Source: Bacillales bacterium UBA1245 (GTDB lineage: Bacteria; Bacillota_I; Bacilli_A; ML615J-28; CAG-313). From it: a stretch of 33,401 bases of DNA. Positions 8,332 through 16,419 of the stretch are shown here, one piece after another; the stretch's first letter is position 1; each line of letters starts with the position of its first letter. The stretch is from positions 1-33,401 of the forward strand of contig DBWF01000006.1 in NCBI GenBank assembly GCA_002308275.1, given 5' to 3'. A program made the position numbers and the translations under genes. The notes beneath the pieces are model-generated. The model was not told where the DNA came from. It saw nothing but the letters and a program-made list of their open reading frames with translations, and did no database searches.

Positions 8332-9390
8332 TTAGTTTAATTTAGTTCCACATTCAGGGCAGAATTTTGCAGCACCATCAAGTTTAGTACCGCATTCTGG
8401 ACAGAATTTAGCAGTTGGCATCTTTTCACCACATTCAGGGCAGAACTTACTGCCTGCAGGAACGCTACTACCACATTTAGGGCATGTGCCACCAGCAGCA
8501 GGTTTTGGTTGATCACGTGGAGTATCTTGAATATTATTTAGGTTAGATACCATTTGATGACCCATCGTTACACCAGCACCAATACCAACACCAGCACCAG
8601 CGAAGCTATTACCATTAGGGTTATTAGCCGCATCACGCATAGCACCAACAGTTTCCATAGCTACATAAGTACCCATCTTGTCGCTTAATACGCCAAGTGA
8701 AGTACGTTTGTCGATTGCTTTTTCAACTTCTTCTGGTAATGATACGTTTTCTACATAAGCTTGAGTAACTTTAAGACCCATTTCTTTGAAGCGACCATCA
8801 AGAACATTCTTTAAGTGTTCAGATAATTCTTCATATTTCATTGCCATATCTAAAGCTGAAATCTTAGATTCTGCTAAAGCATCAGAGAATGAAGTTACAA
8901 ACATTGTCTTAGCATGATCACGGAAGTTATCAACTGTATATTCACCATTAGTACCAACTAATTCACGAATAAGAGTTGGCGCATCATCAACTTGGAATGA
9001 GTATTTACCATAAGCGCGAACACGAATCATACCAAAATCAGCATCACGCATCATAACAGGGTTTGAAGTACCCCATGTTTGATTGATGAATTGTTTAGTA
9101 TTGATATAGTAAACATCAGCTTTGAAAGGTGATTCAAAACCATATTTCCAACCAGCAAGTTTAGATAAAATAGGAAGGTTCTTAGTCTCTAGGCGGTGTG
9201 TACCTGGTCCAAAAACATCAGCGAATTGTCCTTCACGTGCTAAAATAGCAACTTGTGATTCTTGAACTACTAATTGGCAACCATTCATAATTTCATCACG
9301 GTCAGTCATTTCATAACGATGAACTATAATGTGTTGTGTTGCATCTTTCCATTGAATAATCTTTAATAATTGTCTTTTAATAAATCCCAT
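8332..9390 (-). CDS. SPFH/band-7 (stomatin-prohibitin-flotillin) family protein with Gly-rich linker and C-terminal triple zinc ribbon (YdjI / COG4260-like)
   Basis: N-terminal roughly 250 aa have an SPFH-like pattern. A GAGVGIGAGV Gly-rich stretch follows. The tail is CPKCGSSVPAGSKFCPECGEKMPTAKFCPECGTKLDGAAKFCPECGTKLN. The upstream region carries an extended -10 (TGATATAAT) on the minus strand. Confidence 0.85.
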   Translation of the reverse strand: MGFIKRQLLKIIQWKDATQHIIVHRYEMTDRDEIMNGCQLVVQESQVAILAREGQFADVFGPGTHRLETKNLPILSKLAGWKYGFESPFKADVYYINTKQFINQTWGTSNPVMMRDADFGMIRVRAYGKYSFQVDDAPTLIRELVGTNGEYTVDNFRDHAKTMFVTSFSDALAESKISALDMAMKYEELSEHLKNVLDGRFKEMGLKVTQAYVENVSLPEEVEKAIDKRTSLGVLSDKMGTYVAMETVGAMRDAANNPNGNSFAGAGVGIGAGVTMGHQMVSNLNNIQDTPRDQPKPAAGGTCPKCGSSVPAGSKFCPECGEKMPTAKFCPECGTKLDGAAKFCPECGTKLN

Positions 9391-9472
9391 AATAGACTCC
9401 TTTCAATTTTTACGCATATATTATATCATTTTTTAGAGATTAGATAAAGTAAATATATAATACTATCATACA

Positions 9473-10660
9473 TTATTTAGGCTGATCTTTCAAACCACGT
9501 TTCAAAATATCGCCGCCTAAATCAGCATTGATATTTTTTATCAATTTATTAATCGTGTTTTCTTTTTCAGCTTCATCAAATGAATCAAAGATTGATAATT
9601 GTCGCTGTTTCTCATTAACACTTTTTAATTTTGAAGCACCAACTCCAATTAATCGAATCCCAAATGGTGCATCATGGACTTCATCAAATAAATCTTCCAT
9701 AATTTGATAGACTTTAGTTGAATCATTTATCGCATCAGGTACCGTTTTGGATTTTGAATAACTCCTAATATTATTATATTTGATTTGGACCGTAAAGGTT
9801 TGAGCTTTCTGATGAGCTTTTTCAAGCCGGTTACAAACCGAATTCGTCAAAATCTTCATTGTTTGTTTAACCTTTAGTAAATCATACTCATCCGCATCAA
9901 AAGTATAAGAGTTACTAATCGATGCTGGATCTTGCCACCTGTTCGTATCAATTTGAGCAGATCCATTACCATTTGCATGATATACTAATGACTCAGCAGA
10001 TGCTGGTCCAATCGTATCAACTAGGAGCTTTTGATTAGAAAAGGTAGCTAAATCGCCAATCGTATTAATACCAATGCTTCTTAATACCGGTGCGGTCTTC
10101 TTGCCAACCCCTAAAAGATCTTCAATTGGTAGTGGCCACAACTTTTCAGGTACTTCTCTTTTACGTAGGACCGTAATACCAAGCGGTTTCTTCATATCCG
10201 ATGCCATCTTAGCTAAAAACTTATTAGGACCAATTCCAATACTACAAGGCAAGTGGAATTGTTCTAAAATATCTTTTTGCATCTTGATTGCTAGACTTAT
10301 CGCATCAATATCTTTTAACTGATCTGTGACATCTAAAAAGCCTTCATCGATACTGGCTGGTTCAACCAGCGGCGTAATCGAATAAAAATAGTTAAAGAAT
10401 TTTTGTGAATATTCACTATAGAGGTGATGATTACAATCAACTACAATCAGTTCTGGGCATCTTTTTAGGGCTTCATTAATATGCATGGTTGTTTTAATAC
10501 CTTTAGCTTTGGCTTCATAGCTTGCGGCAAGAACAATACTTTTCCTACTTGATGCATATGGTACTACGGCTACACACTTACCATACAAATCAGGGTTTTC
10601 CGCAATCTCACAACTGACAAAGAATGAATTCATATCAATATGAAAAATAACGCGTCCCAT
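9473..10660 (-). CDS. dinB: DNA polymerase IV (Y-family translesion polymerase)
   Basis: Motifs IFHIDMNSFFVSCE and SIDEGFLDVT. Start moved to ATG 10660..10658, which follows the strong RBS AAAGGAGGTGG. Confidence 0.9.
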   Translation of the reverse strand: MGRVIFHIDMNSFFVSCEIAENPDLYGKCVAVVPYASSRKSIVLAASYEAKAKGIKTTMHINEALKRCPELIVVDCNHHLYSEYSQKFFNYFYSITPLVEPASIDEGFLDVTDQLKDIDAISLAIKMQKDILEQFHLPCSIGIGPNKFLAKMASDMKKPLGITVLRKREVPEKLWPLPIEDLLGVGKKTAPVLRSIGINTIGDLATFSNQKLLVDTIGPASAESLVYHANGNGSAQIDTNRWQDPASISNSYTFDADEYDLLKVKQTMKILTNSVCNRLEKAHQKAQTFTVQIKYNNIRSYSKSKTVPDAINDSTKVYQIMEDLFDEVHDAPFGIRLIGVGASKLKSVNEKQRQLSIFDSFDEAEKENTINKLIKNINADLGGDILKRGLKDQPK

Positions 10661-10813
10661 AATCCACCTCCTTTTGTTATATTTTACCATAAAAGTCTTC
10701 TTCTTGGTTAGAAAGTAGCCATTTATTAGTTTTTTTGCTCTTTTACTTTACTTTTTTAATATTATTTGCTATAATAATTGAGTAAAAATAATAGTAGTAT
10801 TAAGGAGCTAAAA

Positions 10814-10990
10814 ATGGCAAAAGAAGAAAAAAAGTTTATTGTTAAAGAAACTAAAGGTGGAAAAGACGAATACGCAATTAAAAAAGCCCCTTCTAAAACA
10901 TTATGGGGTAAAATTCTTGTTGCCTTAATCGTTATCGGTACAATTCTTCTACCTATCATTTCTTTAATCGTAATGTTAGTTAAGAAATAA
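10814..10990 (+). CDS. Small Lys-rich tail-anchored membrane protein (58 aa), unknown function
   Basis: ATG 10814 is preceded by AAGGAG at 7 nt. The protein has a charged N-terminal half (MAKEEKKFIVKETKGGKDEYAIKK), one C-terminal TM helix (ILVALIVIGTILLPIISLIVMLV), and a terminator right after the stop. The overlapping minus-strand ORF 10762..11013 lacks these signals. Confidence 0.55.
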   Translation: MAKEEKKFIVKETKGGKDEYAIKKAPSKTLWGKILVALIVIGTILLPIISLIVMLVKK

Positions 10991-10994
10991 AAAC

Positions 10995-11025
10995 AAAGTC
11001 TTTGGAAATCCAAAGACTTTTTATT
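10995..11025. terminator. Bidirectional terminator between the small membrane protein gene and recN
   Basis: Perfect 11-bp stem AAAGTCTTTGG (10995-11005) / CCAAAGACTTT (11010-11020), loop AAAT, with A/T runs on both sides. Confidence 0.8.
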
Positions 11026-12694
11026 TACGATATTGATTAATCATGTTTTCTGCAACCATTTGACTAGTTAGATCTTCTTTATTAGATGAAATCATCTTCG
11101 ATAATTCGGTAATGCGTTCTTCTTTATTAAGTTTTGAAATCTTCGTAACAGTCCGGTCACCGACAACTTCTTTTTGAACAAACAAATGTTGATCAGCTGC
11201 CGCTGCAACAATTGGTAGATGCGTAATTGCTAAGACTTGCATCTTTTCACTCATCAGTTTTAGCTTACGAGCAACGCTTGCGGCTACCTCACCACTAATA
11301 CCAGTATCAATTTCATCAAAGATAACAGTTGATAATTTAGCATTTTGGAATAGATGGGCTTTTAATGCAAGCATTACACGCGACATTTCACCACCAGATG
11401 CTACTTTTGATAGCGGTCTTAGTGGTTCACCAACGTTAAAGGAAATCATAAACTGAACATCATCAATTCCATTTTGCATAAAATCAGTTGGTTTTAATGG
11501 CTCAGCTACTTCACCAAAATGAATATCTAATGTAACTTTATCAAGGCATAAGTCTTTTAAAGTTGCCATAATGCTCTTTTGTAAATAAAGGGCATTTTCT
11601 TTTCGCCGATTAGATAATCTTTTAGCCATTGATAGAACTTCTTGATAAGCCTGATCGACGGCTTTTTTAGCATCTTCTAAGTAGATATCACTTTGTTCAA
11701 AAGCATTAATCTTATTAGCAAGTTCTTCTTGATATGCAATTAATTGGTCAATATCCATTTTGTATTTACGTTGGATATCCTTTAAAGTATTAAGACGTTC
11801 ATTAATTTCATTTAAACGGTCACTATCAAATTCTAAATTATGATATCGATTATTGATTTGTGATTCAACATCATCTAAATCATAATAAGAATTATTAACA
11901 ACATCAACAAGTTCTTTATAACCTTCATCATACTGATTTAGCTTTTCTAAAGCATTTTTCATCTGATATAGTGAATTGGTAATCCCTTGATCACTAAATA
12001 AACTCTTAATGAGGGCTAGTTGTTGATAAATCGTTTCATAATTATTTAAAACATATAATTCTTGTTCTAGATTTTTAACTTCATCGCTTTGAAGATGGAG
12101 TCCTTTTAATTCTTGAAGACGATATTGATAAAAATCTAGATTGTCTTGATTTGTTTTTAGCTCATCAACTAAAGATTGATATTTATCAATTGCTTCTAAA
12201 TAACCTTTACGTAAAGTTCGATAATTCTTTAGGAGTTCTAATGATTCATCATCATCTAAGAAGTCAACATAATTACGCAAATCAAATAACTTCTTCGTAT
12301 CTAATTGCGTATGGATGTCCGCAAGCATGCCAGAAATGGCTTCTAGTTGTGATAGAGTTACAATACTACCATTAATTCTGGAAATACTTTTACCATTGTC
12401 ATTGATTTCTCTTTTAATGATTAACATATCATCTAAGATTTCAATGCCAAATTCATCTAAGAGTTGATCAATTTGTGGATTATATCCGGTAAAGACACCT
12501 TCAATAGTGGCCTTCGTTGATCCACGTCTAACAAGAGAACTTGAAGCACGGTCGCCTAGTAATAAGCCAATCGCATCAATGATTAGACTTTTACCAGCAC
12601 CGGTTTCACCTGTTAAGACGCTTAAATGATTATCAAAGTCAATTGTTATATTGTCAATAATTGCAAAATTACTAACAGATAATGTTGAAAGCAT
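11021..12694 (-). CDS. recN: DNA repair protein RecN (SMC-like ATPase)
   Basis: N-terminal Walker A (LTGETGAGKSLIIDAIGLLLG), long coiled-coil middle, and C-terminal signature/Walker B region (SGGEMSRVMLALK, VIFDEIDTGISG). 557 aa. Confidence 0.93.
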   Translation of the reverse strand: MLSTLSVSNFAIIDNITIDFDNHLSVLTGETGAGKSLIIDAIGLLLGDRASSSLVRRGSTKATIEGVFTGYNPQIDQLLDEFGIEILDDMLIIKREINDNGKSISRINGSIVTLSQLEAISGMLADIHTQLDTKKLFDLRNYVDFLDDDESLELLKNYRTLRKGYLEAIDKYQSLVDELKTNQDNLDFYQYRLQELKGLHLQSDEVKNLEQELYVLNNYETIYQQLALIKSLFSDQGITNSLYQMKNALEKLNQYDEGYKELVDVVNNSYYDLDDVESQINNRYHNLEFDSDRLNEINERLNTLKDIQRKYKMDIDQLIAYQEELANKINAFEQSDIYLEDAKKAVDQAYQEVLSMAKRLSNRRKENALYLQKSIMATLKDLCLDKVTLDIHFGEVAEPLKPTDFMQNGIDDVQFMISFNVGEPLRPLSKVASGGEMSRVMLALKAHLFQNAKLSTVIFDEIDTGISGEVAASVARKLKLMSEKMQVLAITHLPIVAAAADQHLFVQKEVVGDRTVTKISKLNKEERITELSKMISSNKEDLTSQMVAENMINQYRK

Positions 12695-12702
12695 CCTTTC
12701 AC

Positions 12703-14442
12703 CTACTTTTTCAATAATTCATCAGGGATTTCTAATCCCTCTGTAACTACACTTGCATCAAGTGGATCAAAATCATTTAATGATAGTGATCTGACTTGTA
12801 TTTTTAATCCTCGTTTTAATAATTCTTGTTGTAAAATGGTGGCAAAACAAACTGTATGAACAGCTTGTTCATAAACGAATATTTCCTTACAATTTTGGAT
12901 GGTTTTAATTAATTCTTCATCAACTGGTTTTAGTTTAATAACATTAATTAAACCAATATCATCAGCTAATTCATCACATAATTTGTAAACATCACCGCCA
13001 TAAGCTAGAACCGTTCGATCAGCTACTTCTTTATAGATTTCAAAGTATTCTTGATTGACTTGTTCATGTGATGGAAGCATTCGTGGATATCTAATGACAA
13101 CAACGCCTTCCATATCAATACTTCGTTTTAATAAAGCTCTAGCTTCTTCTAATGTGCTTGGTGCAAATACCGTGACATTAGGAAGTGGCAAAAACATCGC
13201 TAGATCAAATATACCATGATGAGTTGAACCATCAGCAGGAACTAAACCAGCTCGGTCAACACAAAAGACTACATGTTTATTAACACGGACTAAATCATTA
13301 ACGATTTGGTCATAGGCTCTTTGTAAGAAAGTTGAATAAATAAAGACAACTGGTACTACACCACTGCCAGCCATGCCGGCACTGATTGCCACCGCGTTTT
13401 CTTCCGCAATCCCCACATCAATTAAATGTTCAGGGTGTTTAGTCGCAAATTCATTAAGGCCGCAGCCAAGAATCATTGCAGAAGTGATGACTTTAATCTT
13501 TTTAGTTTCAACTAGTTTACCTAGAGTAACACCTAATACTTCACCGACCGAAGTTTGGTGGTCAGATAGTGGTTGAGCCGCTTCAATGTTAAATTGATCA
13601 ACACTATGCCAAATACCAGTTTTATCATTTTCAGCTGGTTCATATCCTTTTCCTTTAATGGTTTTAACATGTAAAACAACACTACTAGGATATTTTTTAG
13701 CGAAAGCTAAATACTTAGCAAGTTCTTTAAAATTATGACCATCAATACCAGGAATGTATTTAAGATTAAAGTTATCAAATAAAGACTTATTATAGATCGT
13801 ATCTTTAAAACTATTCTTCATTCGTTCTAAAAAGCGGTGCATAAACCGTGGCGTAATCTTAAAGATAAAAGCTTTATTTCTTTTGATTCTGATCTTATTA
13901 AATGTTTTAGCTAGTCCACCAACATTAGGGGAAATACTCATATTATTATCATTAATAATAACAATGACTTTTAGTTCAGGATGAGCACCTAAAAAGTTTA
14001 AGGCTTCTAAAGTTAGTCCATTAGTGGCTGAAGCATCTCCCACCACCGCAACAATCTCGCTTTTGATGCCATTCATTTGGTTTTGAATGCATTTACCAAT
14101 TGCAAGTGATACCGCAGTTGAAGAGTGTCCTGTGGAAAAAGCGTCATATGGGCTTTCACTTGGATCCATAAAACCACTAATGCCACCCTTCCTACGTAAG
14201 TTTTGGACGAGTTCTTCTCGTCCGGTTAATAATTTATGGGTATAACATTGATGTCCAACATCAAAAATCAAAGTATCATTCGGAAAGTCAAAAGCCTTAT
14301 GAAGAGCAATTGTTAGTTCAACCACCCCTAAGTTAGATGACAAATGACCACCATTTTGGGATGTTGCTAACAAAATCTTTTGACGGATTTCGGATGCTAG
14401 ATTCTTAAGTTGGTCATTGTTCATCTCTTTGACATTTACCAT
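12703..14442 (-). CDS. dxs: 1-deoxy-D-xylulose-5-phosphate synthase
   Basis: GGHLSSNLGVVELTIALH...DVGHQCYTHKLLTGR is the characteristic Dxs N-terminus. A transketolase-like TPP-binding domain (GDASATNG) and Pyr domain follow. At 579 aa it is somewhat shorter than typical Dxs. Confidence 0.87.
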   Translation of the reverse strand: MVNVKEMNNDQLKNLASEIRQKILLATSQNGGHLSSNLGVVELTIALHKAFDFPNDTLIFDVGHQCYTHKLLTGREELVQNLRRKGGISGFMDPSESPYDAFSTGHSSTAVSLAIGKCIQNQMNGIKSEIVAVVGDASATNGLTLEALNFLGAHPELKVIVIINDNNMSISPNVGGLAKTFNKIRIKRNKAFIFKITPRFMHRFLERMKNSFKDTIYNKSLFDNFNLKYIPGIDGHNFKELAKYLAFAKKYPSSVVLHVKTIKGKGYEPAENDKTGIWHSVDQFNIEAAQPLSDHQTSVGEVLGVTLGKLVETKKIKVITSAMILGCGLNEFATKHPEHLIDVGIAEENAVAISAGMAGSGVVPVVFIYSTFLQRAYDQIVNDLVRVNKHVVFCVDRAGLVPADGSTHHGIFDLAMFLPLPNVTVFAPSTLEEARALLKRSIDMEGVVVIRYPRMLPSHEQVNQEYFEIYKEVADRTVLAYGGDVYKLCDELADDIGLINVIKLKPVDEELIKTIQNCKEIFVYEQAVHTVCFATILQQELLKRGLKIQVRSLSLNDFDPLDASVVTEGLEIPDELLKK

Positions 14443-14457
14443 AACGACCTCGTGTTT

Positions 14458-14658
14458 TTAGAAAGGCACTTCCTCGTTTCCTAACTTTTTAGTAACTACA
14501 AGTTGTGCTTCTTCTAGTTTTTTCTTTAATGCATTACTTAAAGCAATGCCTTCTTGATATTTTTGGACAGCTTCATCAAGGGTTAAATCACCTTTTTCTA
14601 ACTGCTCAACAATTGTTGAAAGTTCAGCCATCATTTGTTCAAATGTTTTATCGTTCAT
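14458..14658 (-). CDS. xseB: Exodeoxyribonuclease VII small subunit
   Basis: FEQMMAELSTIVEQLEKGDLTLDEAVQKYQEGIAL is the canonical XseB helix pattern. Start set at ATG 14658..14656 after the RBS GAGGA. It overlaps the xseA end by 11 nt. Confidence 0.87.
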   Translation of the reverse strand: MNDKTFEQMMAELSTIVEQLEKGDLTLDEAVQKYQEGIALSNALKKKLEEAQLVVTKKLGNEEVPF

Positions 14659-15949
14659 GATTATCCTCATCTCTCTTTATTACTTTAGTTGTTAATGAAC
14701 CATCAGCCATTCTGATTGTTAATTCATCATTTGGATTGACATCTAATACACTAGAAATCACCTTATCATCTTTGAAGACGACACTATAACCTTTTTCCAT
14801 AAGATTTAGTGGATTTAAAATAATAAGTTTACCTAATAATTCTTTAAAACGTGCTGCTTCACTAGTTATTCTTTGATTAAACAGTTTTTCAAGCAACTCT
14901 TTTAAATTATCATTCTTGATAATAAGCTCTTTAATAATATTCTTAGGTGAATTCTTTTCTAGTTTGGCATCAAGTAAATCGATTTGGTGTCTTTTAGCTT
15001 CTAATACTTTATCAAAGCTCGTTAAGGCATAGCTACTTGTAAGTTGCGATAGTTTATTATCAAGACTATGGAATAGAATTCGCATATTAGAAGTAAGTTG
15101 TTGACATCTTTGATCAATTTCATCGATTAAGTCGGGTTTGTTAGGGGTAGAAAGCATTGCGGCACCAGTTGGCGTAGGGGCTCTTAAGGAAGCCACAAAG
15201 TCACAAATAGTGTAATCTCCTTCATGTCCAACCGCAGATACTACCGGAACCGGCGAAGCAAATACTTTTCTAGCTAATAATTCATCATTAAAGCAAGCTA
15301 AGTCTTCAAAGCTACCACCACCACGACCAATAATAATTAAATCTAATTGCTCGTTTTGATATGCTTCATCTAGCGCCCGCATTAAGTCAATTGGAGCATC
15401 CGTACCTTGCACTAAGGCTGGATATAAAACCAGTTTAACAAGGGGATAACGTTTCCGAATCGTTGAAGTAATATCGTTGATTGCTTCCCCCGTAGGTGAA
15501 GTAATAATCCCAATAGTATTTGGATATAGTGGTAACTTCTTCTTATATTGTTCATCAAATAATCCTTCTTTAGCTAGCTTATCTTTTAGTTCAAGAAACT
15601 GTTGATATAATAAACCAACGCCAGCTCTAATCATTTGATTAACAACTATTGAATAAGTACCCCTTTTTTCATAGACGCCGACCTTTCCAACAAGTTGAAC
15701 CATCATTCCATCTTGTGGTTCAAAGTCAAGACTTAAAGTTTTGGGATAAAACATCATCCCACTAATTTCACTATTCTCATCTTTAATGGAAAAGTACATA
15801 TGACGGCCAGATAATTTGAAATTTGATAGTTCACCTTCTAAATAAACATTTTTTAGGTGAATATCCATATCAAATTTATAAGCAAGATACCGATTTAAAG
15901 CAGAAACAGACAAAAATTTTGCCTGTTTTAATTCATCGTTATTATTCAT
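14648..15949 (-). CDS. xseA: Exodeoxyribonuclease VII large subunit
   Basis: N-terminal OB fold (LSVSALNRYLAYKF...GELSNFK) followed by the catalytic domain with IIIGRGGGSFEDL. Start set at ATG 15949..15947, which overlaps the nusB stop (ATGAATAA). The 22-codon extension in the track lies inside nusB. Confidence 0.9.
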   Translation of the reverse strand: MNNNDELKQAKFLSVSALNRYLAYKFDMDIHLKNVYLEGELSNFKLSGRHMYFSIKDENSEISGMMFYPKTLSLDFEPQDGMMVQLVGKVGVYEKRGTYSIVVNQMIRAGVGLLYQQFLELKDKLAKEGLFDEQYKKKLPLYPNTIGIITSPTGEAINDITSTIRKRYPLVKLVLYPALVQGTDAPIDLMRALDEAYQNEQLDLIIIGRGGGSFEDLACFNDELLARKVFASPVPVVSAVGHEGDYTICDFVASLRAPTPTGAAMLSTPNKPDLIDEIDQRCQQLTSNMRILFHSLDNKLSQLTSSYALTSFDKVLEAKRHQIDLLDAKLEKNSPKNIIKELIIKNDNLKELLEKLFNQRITSEAARFKELLGKLIILNPLNLMEKGYSVVFKDDKVISSVLDVNPNDELTIRMADGSLTTKVIKRDEDNHER

Positions 15950-16409
15950 TATTGATTCCTTGACTAATATTATCCAATAAACGATTGTTAAACTTAACCT
16001 GCTTATCATCATCAAGATTACTATATTCCCTAGTTAATTCTAAGGCTTCGTTGATAATGATATCTTTAGCTAAAGCACCTTGTAATAATTCATCAACCGC
16101 AAGTCTGATAATCGCCCGGTCAACATAGTTGAGACGTTCTAGCGAATAATTTTGTAATGTTGATGAGATTATTTTATCAATCTCTTCATGTTTTTGAATA
16201 ATATCATTAATTCTTTCTTTAATATATGTTAGATTTTCACTATTACATTCATAATCTTCCCAGTTAATTGGCATAGTCGCTTCAATTGTTGGATCAATTG
16301 CATATGTAATCATGGAATCTAATTGTTCATCGGTTATTTCAGCTAGTTTTCCAAAATCAATTTGGAAAAGAGTGCGGATAATAACCCTACGACAAGTATG
16401 TCGGTCCAT
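15942..16409 (-). CDS. nusB: Transcription antitermination factor NusB
   Basis: RRVIIRTLFQIDF start and all-helical, roughly 155-aa NusB pattern (DRAIIRLAVDELL). Start set at ATG 16409..16407, preceded by AGAGGT at 6 nt. Confidence 0.85.
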   Translation of the reverse strand: MDRHTCRRVIIRTLFQIDFGKLAEITDEQLDSMITYAIDPTIEATMPINWEDYECNSENLTYIKERINDIIQKHEEIDKIISSTLQNYSLERLNYVDRAIIRLAVDELLQGALAKDIIINEALELTREYSNLDDDKQVKFNNRLLDNISQGINNE

Positions 16410-16419
16410 ATAGTTACCT

